Assembly: GCA_964016885.1 (NCBI GenBank)
Contig: OZ024740.1
Location: forward strand, 284,146,001-284,210,000
Source: Eledone cirrhosa
Lineage: Eukaryota
DNA: 64,000 bases
Reading direction: 5' to 3'
In this document: positions 12,956 through 27,062 of the stretch, in pieces
Layout: each line of letters opens with the position of its first letter
Position numbering within the stretch: the stretch's first letter is position 1
The notes under the pieces: model-generated
Database searches by the model: none
What the model was told of the DNA's origin: nothing
What the model saw: the letters and a program-made list of their open reading frames with translations, nothing else
Made by a program: the position numbers and the translations under genes

Positions 12956-13134
12956 ATTTGAGGGACTTCTGTCCACCCATCCATCACACAATGTGTTTGT
13001 GTGAATGTATGTGGGATACACACATATGTCTCTAACTTAAAAACAGTGACACACACACACGTCTCTAATTTAAGAACGCCGACAAACTCATGCGCGCGCA
13101 CATACACACACTGTCCTATTACCACTCAAGAGCT

Positions 13135-13555
13135 TAGGCCCGGGCAAACATCCCCTCAATTTTGGAACTGTCTGGGTTGTCCTGAATTGATGGGAAAAGA
13201 CTTGACGGTCTTTCTCTGTGCTCCTGGTCAAGAGGCAGGTGCCTTACCTGGGACGTCACAGTTAGTGACTCTTTTGCTTCTTCCCACATCCTGGATGCAG
13301 CGGTAAGGGCGAGAGCTACAGCATCCGCAACTGAACGGAACAAAATCCTAAAATACTGTGTTCTGTCAGGTAATTACATTATCCAGCTTGTGGCGTTCGA
13401 GACGTTTGGGGGAGTCGGGCTACTGACAGCGAGGTTCTTATCTTCATGGCGGCTCACCAAACAGAGGTAACAGGTGATGCTCGTGAGGGCACTTGGTTGT
13501 TCCAGCACCTCAGTCTCGCCATCACCTCAGATAATGCTGCTATATTTTGCGTGTA
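13135..13555 (+). mobile_element. CRE-like LINE restriction-like endonuclease fragment (degenerate)
   Basis: Homologous to 60025-60468. Confidence 0.7.
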
Positions 13556-13639
13556 GGGATATATACTTTATTATTATTAATCTCCCCCTGGTCGAGATAA
13601 CAGTTGGTCGTTTTGACTATATATTATATATATATATTA

Positions 13640-14513
13640 TCTATATATATAAAAGTGAGGATGTCTCTCTGTGTGTGTGTGAGTTTGAATCCCTAAAACT
13701 CGAGAACCACCCAACCGACTGTTTTCAAACTTTACACATGTAATACTTATGTTTCAGGTAGTGTTCTGAGCAAAGAAAATTTCAAATTTTCAATGCCCTA
13801 GGGACCGCATTAGGCGATTTAGCGATCTCTCTCTATAATTCTTAGTCTTTCTCTTTTTAGATAGATACATATAACATCGCACCCTTATAATATCTGTCTG
13901 TATGTCTGACTGTCTGCATTACGTCACTTCCCTGAGGATGTATGTATGCGTGTGTCTGTGAGTTTGAATCCCTAAAACTCGAGAAGTACCCAACCAAATT
14001 TTTTCAAACTTTACATGTGAATTACTTATGTTTCAACTTTTTGATCCCCTAGGGCCCGCATTAGTTGAAAAACTGCGTTTTTTCAGGTTTTTTGAGTCGT
14101 TACATCAGACTGATTTCCTTGAAATTCTAACTATGTATTAGTCAGTCTCTTCTTCATAATGTGAGCAAAGAAAATCCAACTTTGTTATGGTCTAGGGCCC
14201 GCATTAGGTGAAAAACTTCATTTTTTCAGCTTTTTAGGGCTTTTTTTAGGTGTTACGTCTAGCTGATTTGCCCAAAATTTCAAGACATATTATGCACATA
14301 GAAAAAATTCATTTTTTTTATCCCAAAGGGCCTGCATTAGGTGAAAACCTGCATTTTTCTTGCTTCATCGAGGAAAATCTTAAAGATTATCCAGAGTATT
14401 CGGTTTATATTCTTTACATATTGTCCACGCATGCAGTTTTTCCATGATTAGGTCTGTTGACAGCCTGCGTTCCAAAATACCTTATCCCGTGCAACGCCGG
14501 GTACCACTGCGAG
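13640..14513 (+). mobile_element. Non-autonomous Helitron
   Basis: 5' TCTATATATATAAAAG; 3' hairpin CCCGTGCAACGCCGGG followed by C(G)AG|T; A|T insertion site. Confidence 0.8.
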
Positions 14514-14560
14514 TATATTATATATATATATATTATATATTATATATATATATTATATAT

Positions 14561-14592
<32 letters not shown>

Positions 14593-14594
14593 AA

Positions 14595-14790
14595 GGGCGA
14601 TGGATTGATTGGCAGTATCGGTAGAGAGTCGGACACCATGCTTTGAAGCATAGAGTTACGTCCCTTTATGATCTGAGTTCAAATCCTGCCGAGGTTAACT
14701 TTGCCTTTCATCTTTACGGGGTCGATAAAATAAAGTACCAGTAATACACTGGGTAATTGCTGGCCTTGTGCCAAAAGTAGAAACAATTAT
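14595..14790 (+). mobile_element. tRNA-derived Meta-like SINE
   Basis: A box TGGCAGTATCGG, B box GAGTTCAAATCC. Confidence 0.85.
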
Positions 14791-15019
14791 ATATATATAT
14801 ATTATATATTTTTTTCATCATTTTACGTCCGCTTTTTCCCTGCTTGCAAGGGTGGGACTGGAACTGATTGTGGCTTGATTTCTGCAGCTGGATGCCCAAT
14901 CTAATACCAACCTCATTTACAGTTAGTGCTGGGTGCTTTTTTTTTTGCCGTGGCACCTACACGACCACTTTACAGTGGAATGATATGGACCCCAGTCCTA
15001 TCATCTCATTTCTACAGCT

Positions 15020-15148
15020 GAGTAAACTGGAGCAATGTGAAATAAAGTGTCTTGCTCAAGGAAACAACACATCACCCGGTCTGAGAATTGAACTCACAAC
15101 CTTTCGATTGCAAGACCAATGCTCTAACCACTAAGCCATGTGCCTCCA
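15020..15148 (-). mobile_element. tRNA-derived CORE-like SINE 5' part
   Basis: TGGCTTAGTGG..GAGTTCAATTC head, then TCCTTGAGCAAGACACTT; second copy 61866-61990. Confidence 0.75.
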
Positions 15149-15187
15149 TAATATATATATATTATATGAATTTTATATATATTTTTT

Positions 15188-15400
15188 ATCATCATCATCA
15201 TCGTTTAACGTCCATGTTCCACGCTTGCATGGGTTTGGACGGGCTTTTCCCACTTGAGGCAAGAGTGGTTGTCTTGCTCGCATAGGACTGTCTGGCGGAT
15301 TTTCTACAGCTGGATGCCCTTCCTAACACCAACCACATTTACAGTGTGGGGCTGGGAGGTTTTTACCATGTTGTCTACACGGCCACATTGCAGCGTGGAC
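15188..15400 (-). mobile_element. RTE 3' UTR fragment
   Basis: CTACAGCTGGATGCCCTTCCTAACACC and (CAT)n tail; another fragment at 14815-14980. Confidence 0.7.
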
Positions 15401-15440
<40 letters not shown>

Positions 15441-15494
15441 ATATATATATATATCAACTAGAAATTGATTGACATATATATATATATATATGTC

Positions 15495-15590
15495 AATGCA
15501 TCCACGCATACAGTTTTTCCACGATTAGGTCTGTTGGCAGACCGCGTTCCAAAATACCTTATCCCGTGCAACGCCGGGTACCACTGCTAG
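15495..15590 (+). mobile_element. Helitron 3' end fragment
   Basis: Duplicate of 14424-14513 ending in hairpin + CTAG|T. Confidence 0.75.
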
Positions 15591-15920
15591 TATATTATAT
15601 ATATATATATTATATATATATATTATATATCATAAATCATGTCTTTAGAATCATCAGATAAAATATATACTATTTCTTCTTCTAATTAGCATAATTAACC
15701 ATATAAAAAATCAATTATATCAAGCTATAAGAAGAAAGGCTCTTATGGAGAAATCTCCGACAAATAACCGAACATAGCCTCTTCGCGGCGGCCCCGATCG
15801 AGTATTTATCCAACATTTCGACAGCATGTAGAAACTGACTAAATATATCATCAACCATACACAATTAGGTGTAAAATTAAACTTAGAAGAAATGCGTACT
15901 TAGAAGAAAACCGTAATTAT

Positions 15921-15997
15921 ATCTCTACCATGGTTTCTTCCTTATTTTTAGACATCCAAATAATAGGAATGTCCTCAGTTAGGATTCATCAGGAGAC
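15921..15997 (-). ncRNA. Hammerhead ribozyme with extended stem II
   Basis: Minus strand: gtctc-CTGATGA-a-tcct..gacattc/ggatgtc..agga-a-GAAA-ccatgg-TA-gagat. Confidence 0.72.
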
Positions 15998-16164
15998 AAA
16001 TGATTTATGATATATTGCTCTGATTTTTTAATTTATTAATTCTTCATAGAGCTTAAAAGTGACCAGTTGCAACATGTATATATCTATAACTTTATGTATA
16101 TGTTAACCTTTATATATATTATATATATATATTATATATATTATATATATATATTATATATATA

Positions 16165-17058
16165 TATAGAAATAGTAGACAGCTTCTGCTACTTAGGTGA
16201 CCGAATTAGCAGCGGAGGTGGGTGTTCAGAAAGTACAATAACTAGGGTAAGAACGGGATGGAAGAAGTTTAGGGAACTACTACCACTGCTAGCTGCAAAA
16301 GGCTTCTCCCTCAGAATGAAAGGCAGACTGTATGATGCGTGTATCCGAACAGCAATGTTGCATGGTAGTGAGACCTGGGCACTGAAGGTGGAAAACTTAC
16401 GTAGATTAGAGAGAAACGAAGCCTGCATGCTCCGATGGATGTGTAACAGTAATATACGTGAACGACAAAGCATAAATGAATTGAGAGAGAGACTGAGCAT
16501 GAGAGGAATCAAATGCTGTGTGCAGGAGAGGCGGTTGCGCTGGTATGGACATGTGATGCGTATGAAGGATGACAGCTGCATAAAAAGATGCAGAACACTA
16601 GAAGTTGATGGAAACCGCGGAGTGGGGAGACCCAAGATGACCTGGGATGAGGTGATAAAAGCCGACCTTACCCAATTACACCTCTCAAAGGCAATGACAC
16701 ACGACCGTGCCCTCTGGCGTCACGCAGTAATACAGAGTACCCGACCTCCCATGGGTACAAGCTGAAGCATATAGACAATATGCCCCACACCCCCCACCGC
16801 AAGGTGGTCATGGAGGTGCCACGGCAAAAAAAGCACCCAGCCCACACTGTAAAGTGGACGTGTAGGCGCCACGAAAAAGCACCCAGCACTCACTGTAAAT
16901 GAGGTTGGTGTTAGGAAGGGCATCCAGCTGTAGAAATCAAGCCAAATCAGTTCCTGTATGAGCAAGGCATGGTCAGCCGACCAGACAGTGCCCACAACAG
17001 GACAACCCGTCTAACCCATGCTAGCGTGGAAGAACGGACGTAAAACGGTGATGATGAC
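16165..17058 (+). mobile_element. RTE-clade LINE 3' fragment
   Basis: IEIVDSFCYLGD...LHGSETW...RRLRWYGHVMR; 3' UTR; nearly identical to 9885-10550. Confidence 0.92.
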
Positions 17059-17302
17059 ACACATATATATATATACACATATATATATATACACACATAT
17101 ATATATATACATATACACATATATATATATACATATACACATATATATACACACACATATATATATATATACATATACACATATATATATACATATACTC
17201 ATATATATACATATACACATATATATATACATATACACATATATATATATATATATACATATAGAAATTACATGAATCAAAGTTCTGTTTAAATCATTTA
17301 TA

Positions 17303-17726
17303 TAGTCCACCCGCAGAACCTGGCAGGGTCCTATTAGAATCACTTCTATATATGACTCCTGGTAAGCTTTGGGTCATTGCATGTCTGATTGCATGGCAAA
17401 GTTAAATATCACTAGGGTAGTCCAGAGATCAATTCTCACTTACAATGACACTAATCTGACCATCAAGTCATACATGTATGTATAACTCATACATCACCTG
17501 TACATAATTCAGTGCAATGAATTATGTACAGGTGATGTATGAGTTATACATACATGTATGACTTGATGGTCAGATTAGTGTCATTGTAAGTGAGAATTGA
17601 TCTCTGGACTACCCTAGTGATATTTAACTTTGCCATGCAATCAGACATGCAATGACCCAGAGCTTACCAGGAGTCATATATAGAAGTGATTCTAATAAGA
17701 CCCTGCCAGGTTCTGCTGGTGGACTA
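17303..17726. repeat. Long near-perfect palindrome (209 bp arms, 6 nt loop)
   Basis: 17303-17511 is the reverse complement of 17518-17726, about 3 mismatches by eye. Confidence 0.95.
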
Positions 17727-18504
17727 CACTTACAAAGATCATTGATTTGGAGATCTGACTCTTCATGTAGAATATTCGGTTGTGGCACTCTATCATAGAA
17801 GATAATCATCCTAATATGAACACCTTAGTACTTCTTGATAGACTACACTGTAATTTATGGATAAGATACTTAAATTTAGAAATTGTTTATAACCTTATAT
17901 GATAGAGACTCATTTGAGACACCATTTAATGTACTTTAGGATAATAAATTTAGCTATAGAAATCAGCTAGTTACCTCCCCTTAATCACACACACACTTCC
18001 GGAATATAATACGATGTCAACTCTCACAACAAAAACAACCCGCTCTATAGAATCGAATTAGAGAACGACAAGCTGTGATGTTCTAGCATGGTTCACCAGG
18101 CACCCAATGTTGAATCATCGTGGATTGTGTGATGGACATGTAGTCTATAAATTGCGTTTCCTGGATTGTGAGAGTGGTGGTGTGTGCGAGGACAGTGGTG
18201 TTGTTTTGCTTCTAATTTGTAATATTTTTGATATTTTTGGTGTTTCTCTACACACGGGCTTCTATATCGTACAGGTGTGTGTGAAAAATGCTTTACCAGT
18301 ACAGCCCCTATGATGCTCTTGATTGCCTGCTTTGACTGCTTATATTACATGTAACAATCTGCCGCACTGTAATCTTGTATAAATAGGACACGCGTGCATG
18401 CCTCGCGTGTGACTGTTGCATACACTGGCTACTCCAAACTATCCCCTTGCTTTATCTTCGTAAACTGCCAATGTTTTATTTTAATTTTAATTTTAACTTT
18501 AATT

Positions 18505-20095
<1,591 letters not shown>

Positions 20096-20321
20096 AGAGA
20101 GAGAGAGAGTGAAAGGAAGAGAGGGGTGTATGTAAAACCTTCATATCCTAATGAATTTAATTGGATCTTAATCAAGATTGATTTATAACCTTTTGGTTTT
20201 CTAAGGCTGCTAAAGCTAGTATTGGTAATTTGTTTTGTTGTATGATTAATATAAAGACTGACCTCTTCACCTTTCATTGGCTAACAGCCGAGAAAAACAA
20301 CTAATTTCAGATGTTAGAGAA

Positions 20322-20584
20322 ACAGTAGTAGTAGTAGTGGTGGTAGTAGTAGTAGTGGTGGTGCTGGTGGTGGTAAAAACAACTAATTTCAGGTGTTAGA
20401 GAAACAGTAGTAGTAGTAGTGGTGGTAGTAGTAGTAATGTGACGGTTATGGTGATGCTGGCAGCAGTAGCAGTAGTAGTAGTAGTAGTAGTAGCAGCAGC
20501 AATAGTAGTTACAGCAATAGTAGTAGTAGTAGCAGCAGCAGTAGCAATAGTAGTAACAGTAGTAGTAGTAACAGTAGTAGTAAC

Positions 20585-20625
<41 letters not shown>

Positions 20626-20773
20626 CAGCAGTAGTAGTAGTAGTTGTAGTAGCGGCAGTAGTAGCAGCAGCGGCAGTAGTAGCAGCAGCAGCAGTAGTAG
20701 TAGCAGTAACAATAGTAGTAACAGTAGTAGTAGTAGTAGTAGCAGTAGTAGTAGTAGTAGTTGTAGTAGCGGC

Positions 20774-20811
<38 letters not shown>

Positions 20812-21205
20812 CAGCAGTAGCAATAGTAGTAACAGTAGTAGTAGTAGTAGTAGTAGCAGCAGTAGTAGTAGTAGTAGTAGTTGTAGTAGCGGCAGTAGTA
20901 GCAGCAGCAGCAGTAGTAGTAACAATAGTAGTAACAGTAGTAGCAGTAGCAGTAGTAGTAGCGGCAGTAGCAATAGTAGTAACAGTAGTAGTAGCAGTAG
21001 TAACAGTAGTAGTAGCAGGAGTAGTAGTAGTAGTAACAGTAGTAGTAGTAACAGTAGTAGTAGCAGTAGTAACAGTAGTAGTAGCAGGAGTAGTAGTAGT
21101 AGTAACAGTAGTAGTAGTAACAGTAGTAGTAGCAGGAGTAGTAGGAGTAGCAGCAGTAGTAGTAGTAGTTGTAGTAGCGGCAGTAGTAGTAGTAGTAGTA
21201 GTAAC
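20322..21205. repeat. Compound trinucleotide microsatellite (TAG/CAG/TAA)n
   Basis: Direct; higher-order units such as gtagttgtagtagcggca recur. Confidence 0.97.
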
Positions 21206-21211
21206 AATGAT

Positions 21212-21955
21212 GATAATAATTGTTTCTACTTTTGGCACTAGGATAGCAATTACCCCAGTGCATTACTGGTACTTTATTTTATTGACCCCCATAAGGATGA
21301 AAAGCAAAGTTAACCTCAGCTGGATTTAAACTCAGAAGGTAAAGGGCCATAATTCTATGCTGCAAAGCATGGTGTCTGATGCTCTACCAATACTCATAAT
21401 AATTGTTTCTACTTTTGGCACAAGGCCAGCAATTATCCCAGTACATTACTGGTACTTTATTTTATCGCCCCTGTAAGGATGAAAGGCAAAGTTAACCTCG
21501 GCGGGATTTGAACTCAGATCGTAAAGGGACAATAATGATTTCTAGTATTAGCACAAGGCCAGTAATTTGGAGGGAAGGAAAAGTCGATTAAATCGACCCC
21601 AGTACGTTACTCGTGCTTTATTTTATCGACCCCGTAATGATGAAAGGCAAAGGGCCATTACTCCATGCTACAAAGCATGGTGTCTGATGCTTACCAATAC
21701 TCATAATAATTGTTTCTACTTTTGGCACAAGGCCAACAAATACCCAGAGTATTACTGGTACTTTATTTTATATAATAATTGTTTCTACATTTGGCACATT
21801 TCTAATTTTGACACTATGTCAGCCTTATGCGGTGAGGGAAGTCAATTATATTGATCCCCAGTACTTGACTGCTACTTTATTTTATCAACCTTGGAAGGAT
21901 GAAAGGCAAATTTGACCTAAATGGGAGTTTAACTCAGAACATAAAGGGCCATAAC
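21212..21955 (-). mobile_element. Cluster of about 5 head-to-tail Meta-like SINE copies/fragments
   Basis: Repeated aattgtttctacttttggcacaaggcc...ggatttgaactcaga units. Confidence 0.85.
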
Positions 21956-22050
21956 AATATGACTCAAAGTCATAACAATAACTAGTTGACCCCATGAAAA
22001 TTCCATAGTTTAATTTAAAATAAAACACAAATTGCTAAAGAGCAATATAG

Positions 22051-22097
<47 letters not shown>

Positions 22098-22101
<4 letters not shown>

Positions 22102-22268
22102 GCCACGATAAAAGACACCCAGTCCACACCGCAAATGTGGTTGGCATTAGGAAGGGCATCCAGTTGTAGAAACCAAGCTAGAAATGGTTCTGTGTGAGCA
22201 AGAGACAGTGATTTGATCTGATTTGTTTCACAATGGGACAACCCACCTAACCCATGCTACCGTGGAAA
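22098..22268 (+). mobile_element. RTE 3' UTR fragment
   Basis: GGCATTAGGAAGGGCATCCAG...ACCCATGCTA. Confidence 0.7.
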
Positions 22269-22508
22269 AATTCAACTCACTCTCTCTCTCTCGAGTACAC
22301 ACACACATCATCCCCTTTCAACAGTATGACAGATGTTTACACCGCATGTAATCTATTGTTAAAATAATATCTTTATTTTATCGTAAAAACAATAGAAACA
22401 TTATTGACAATGTTTAATTTATTTATCACAAGCATAAATACATATCACAAGTACTTGAACATGACAATATCTTTCTTAGTTTTAACAGAATATTAAAACA
22501 CTATTATT

Positions 22509-22697
22509 GCGGTGGATTGGCAGTATCGGTAGAGGGTCGGACGCCATGCTTTCCAGCATAGTTACGTCCCTTTACGATCTGAGTTCAAATCCCGCCGAGG
22601 TTGACTTTGCCTTTCATCCTTACGGGGTCGATAAAATAAAGTACCAGTAATGCACTGGGTAATTGCTGGCCTTGTGCCTAAAGTAGAAACAATTATT
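22509..22697 (+). mobile_element. tRNA-derived Meta-like SINE
   Basis: A and B boxes, Meta-like domain. Confidence 0.88.
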
Positions 22698-22764
22698 AGT
22701 CCTCACCACAGTGAAGTTTTCCAGCATGGACAAACATACAAAATATATAAATTAATAAATATAA

Positions 22765-22972
22765 ATGCCAAGTAATCACAGTGGAAGGAAGATGCAGTAG
22801 AGGAAGACCACAGCAAACATGGGCGGAGGTGGTGAGAGGTGACCTCAGACCGCTGAAGCTCACAGAGGAGATGACGAAGAACCATGAAAAATGGAGCGAT
22901 ACTGTGCTGAAAGAGGACCTGTCCCACCCTTGTAAGAAAGTGGACGTAAATGGATGATAGTGATGATGATGA
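22765..22972 (+). mobile_element. RTE LINE 3' end
   Basis: RCSRGRPQQTWAEVV..DL, (TGA)n tail. Confidence 0.65.
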
Positions 22973-23036
22973 ATGCAAATTTTGGTAAGGCAACTTCCAG
23001 AAGCAGAAATCAACTTTAAATCGTAAGGAAGAGATA

Positions 23037-24106
23037 TGTTTCTTTATTAGCCACAGGGGCACAAAAGAAGGGACAAATACAAAGGGAGAAGTTTACATAC
23101 AATAAAAACGTGTAAAATACTATCACAAATGCAATTTAAAAAACAACCGATTTTCCCCAATAGGGGGAGACATTACATATGGGTAACACATAGCCCCGAA
23201 AAAATGTGCAACCCTCATCTCCAGGAGTACGAAGAGTGAGTACCCCCTTCCTCTCTTCCTCTTTTCCTCAACCTACAGGCTGATATAGAGAGAAGGCCCA
23301 TTCACTCGGGCCATTCTCGCCACTTTCACCCACCTTTCATAAAACTTGCTGGGGTACAGCACCTCTCTCCATCCTGATTCTTCTTCCAAAGTGGTATTTG
23401 AAAAAAAGAATCAGTTGTTGGCCGGAGAGAAAGGTGTCTGACCTCAGCCCTTTTAACCTGGTCCACCATACAACCCCTTTCGCCATAGCTATCACACAGA
23501 GGAAAACCGCCTTTCCTTCGTTTTTGAAGGAGGGTGGCGGTTTGATCATGACAATGGACTCGATGTTCAACAGGATTGGTCCCACCCGCGACAATAGTCG
23601 TTCTACATAGCCCCACAGGTCGGTAACGCCCGGGCAGTGTACCAATGCATGCGTGACGGTTTCTTCGTCTCGCACACATCTCGGACAGATCTTTTTCGCA
23701 GGGTCCCTGCCCGGGCGCCCGTGTCTGTAGAGCTTGTCTCGAACTGGTAGAGCTCCTCGGTAGCACTGCCAGGCCAGGGACTTTTGGAAGTTGTCCATTG
23801 GTCCCGGGTGGAATATCCTACCGAACAGACTAGCCAGTTCGTCTTCCTCTACGCCTAGAGTTTCTCCGAGCGCGTCGTCGCACTTGCTACGGACCAACCC
23901 TCTATAGAATGACGAAGTAGAGTCTCCACTGATAGCCGGGTCCGCCTGCCAGAGGGCTGTGAGCACCTGAGCACATTCGATGTACCAGTTGCTCATTTTC
24001 CTCGGCCTTTTCTTGACCCAGGACTGCAGCTCGGTCAGCGAGACGAGTCGTGGGAAGGCTCACCTCATGAACGGGGCCCACACCGGTTGTCCGGTGAGGA
24101 ATACGT
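23037..24106 (-). mobile_element. Tx1/L1-clade LINE, 5'-truncated, with TSD
   Basis: CPRC...ETVTHALVHC zinc motif; homologous to 43221-44280; TSD GGAAGAGATA at 23027 and 24107. Confidence 0.9.
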
Positions 24107-24336
24107 GGAAGAGATAGATATATGATATATGGAGATATATATTCAATGTCCCTAAACAACTAAATATGTAACCTCACTATGTTCAGGGCCTAATTAACTT
24201 TTTTTGAGGCCCTATGCACTAAAAAATATTATGCTGCCCTCCATATATGAAATCTGCAAACATGCATTTAATCTAAATAAAATGGTGATCTTCACTTGAT
24301 TCCCTAAACATGTACTTATTTTGCTTAACAATTAAT

Positions 24337-24527
24337 TGTTTCTACTTTTGGCACAAGGCCAACAATTATCCCAGTGTATTACTGGTAATTTATTTTATCA
24401 ACCCCGTAAGGATGAAAGGCAAAGTTAACCTCGGCGGGATTTGAACTCAGACCATAAAGGGCCGTAACTCTTTGCTGCAAAGCATGGCGTCCGACTCTCT
24501 ACCGATACTGCCAATCCACCGCCCTTA
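24337..24527 (-). mobile_element. Full-length Meta-like SINE with 19 bp TSD
   Basis: TSD ATTTTGCTTAACAATTAAT at 24318 and 24528; A and B boxes. Confidence 0.92.
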
Positions 24528-25756
24528 ATTTTGCTTAACAATTAATGCAGTGTGTGATTATGAGTACTATTTAACTCTGAAATGGTCATGATAACATGCA
24601 ATAAAACTTATCTCAACAACAGGTTTCACATCAACAGATATACTTAATTTATTTTATTATTTACTCATTCATTTATTGGTTGGATTCCACATTACTGCAT
24701 GAACCTATTACTTACATAGTATAAACCTCTTGCATGAGATACATTAACATATAACACACATATGCATATATATGTATTTGTATATATGTACTTATCTCCC
24801 TTCTATCATTCTAATCCAAACCTCACCGAGCAGAGAGGGGCAAGGAACAACAACCTCTCTAATGTTGGTTCCATGGAAATGCACTCAGGACACCCTGTAG
24901 GATGGTTGGCAACAGGAAGGGCATCCCACTGTAAAAACCATGCCTAAAATGGATTGAGAGGACTCTTCAGTTATGTTAAAGATATGATAGCCTCCCTAGT
25001 GTTTGATCAACATAAATGCATTTAGCACATGCTGTAAAATGGTAAAATGGCTGATGATAGGAAGGACATATAGCCTTAGAAAGTTAGCCAAACAAAGGGT
25101 TAGGAGGACCATTCAGTTTTGTCAAAGACATGACAAACTTTCTTGTGCCAGTGCACTTGGTAGAACGAGAGACCATAAGCAAGTGAAATGGAGATCTCTG
25201 ACCTGTCTAGGAGGTCAGAAGCCTGCTTCAGTACTGATTTGGTTTATAAAGACCCACCAACCCTTGCTAGCAGTGGAAGCAGATGTTAAATGATGATGAT
25301 GATAACATACATCTATAGGAATGCAAACAGTTGAGTGGATTGTAGCTATATGTAAACATTTCCATAGTTTTATTTACTTACATCATATATATATCATCAA
25401 CATCATCATCATCATGGTATATCTGCCTTCATGTTTGAGAATACACTGGCCAAAGAACCACATCTCACTTGTATGTTCAATTTTTAGCATGGTTTCTATG
25501 GTATATATGTATGCATATGTACATATGCATACATACATACCTATATACATACTTATGTGTGTATATATATAATAATAATAATAATAATGCTTTCTTTATT
25601 AACCACAAAGGTTTACATAAAGTAGACATTCAGGACAAAACAGGACGGTACAAATGGGCATTTCTGCATGTAAAAAAACAGAGGATGTAATAAAAATAAC
25701 AATGAAAAATTCCCCAATAGGAGGGAGACTTCCAAGGGACATTTGTGGAGAAAGCC

Positions 25757-25787
<31 letters not shown>

Positions 25788-25960
25788 GAGTTTCTACTTT
25801 TGGCACAAGGCCAGCGATTACCCCAGTGCACCACTGGTAATTTATTTTATCGACTTCATAAGGATGAAAGGCAAAGTTAACCTCGGCAGATTTGAACTCA
25901 GAACGTAAAGGGCCATAACTATGTTGCAAAGCATGGTGTCTGACGCTCTACTGATACTGC
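25788..25960 (-). mobile_element. Meta-like SINE
   Basis: Same family consensus. Confidence 0.82.
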
Positions 25961-26499
25961 TAGTGATAAACGGAATATATAAGACTATAGTATCATTATT
26001 TATTTCATTATATATATTTTTCTGCTACACACTGGAACTTTTGAAAATATATAGTATTCTCCAGCTCTCTCTTCTATTCACTAGCTTGATCACATTTGTC
26101 TTGCAGGAACAGAGGCAACACAAAATAGTAAGTACTCTTTAATCATGTAGATTACAAGGCAACATCTCCAATGTTGGCACCACAATAAAATACAGTATAG
26201 AAAGTAGACATAAGATGATGACAATGATATGGGTCCAGTGATCTTCTCCAGAACTTCAGCAACAAAGCCACATCCATCTATCTCTTCAGCAAGTTTTAGT
26301 ATACAATCTAGTAGTTAATACAAGCTAGTATTTATTATAATCTAATACGATCCTAAAGCTTTAACTGAAAATATGTATTTTATGTTCTCCCTGTGTGCCT
26401 GCCTCTCTTTCACAGTTTATCACTGTGTCCAGTATGCTCCAATACTATATAAGTAAGATTTGGATTAATATAGAGGACATGCACTTCAAGGGCTAGAAG

Positions 26500-26840
26500 T
26501 ATAGTTTATATTTCAGTTATAGGATAATGATCAATGTTACAATCCAATGAACTGGTCAGAGGAAGGGAGGATATAACTATAAACACTGGTCTTCTTACTG
26601 AGACTAGTGAATTAAAGAATGATTTATAGATGTCCTTCATACAGAAAACACCCTCGTTGGATAACTGATGGAGTTGTTTTTCCATATGTTGTTCAGCCTC
26701 ATCATGGCAGAAGAGGTCAAGTCGAGTCTTGTCATTATCCCATTTAGTGATTTGCTGTAATTCGTCAAAGTGGATTCTAGGCACTGGAAAGTATCCACTG
26801 CTTCAAGTTTCCTCTTTTCAACCATCATGTTGGTTGCTGT
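26500..26840 (-). mobile_element. Old RTE-like LINE fragment
   Basis: KLEAVDTFQCLESTLT...IMTRL...AMMRLNNIWKNNSIS. Confidence 0.55.
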
Positions 26841-27062
26841 CCCTTTAGCATTCACATTACTCTATATTTACTATTGTATTTTCACAGTAAACACTTTATT
26901 TCACATAGTTATCTCACATAATATCTAATCTATGAGATTTTGATATTATTTATTTTGAGGACAAAACCTTAACATAAGTTATGAGCAGCCAGTTACGGTT
27001 GGTTTGAACTGGAACAGGTGAGAGAATTCTAGCCGGATGTAGCCGGTTTAAATGCTAAAGGG
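26841..27062. mobile_element. piggyBac-like MITE
   Basis: CCCTTTAGCATT...AATGCTAAAGGG|TTAA. Confidence 0.75.

Noticed and set aside
14595-14700. tRNA gene
   Set aside because: A and B boxes belong to a multi-copy SINE head, not a cloverleaf; the same applies to 15070-15148 and 61915-61990.
18080-18400. Degenerate GIY-YIG on the minus strand
   Set aside because: Only a weak TIQETQFI motif; frames too broken to support.
20307-21329. Poly-Thr/Ala, Tyr/Cys, Val and Leu ORFs as a mucin or structural protein
   Set aside because: Triplet microsatellite; start codons fall inside an adjacent SINE.
21212-21955. CRISPR-like repeat array
   Set aside because: Eukaryotic context; the repeats are SINE segments with homologous, non-unique spacers.
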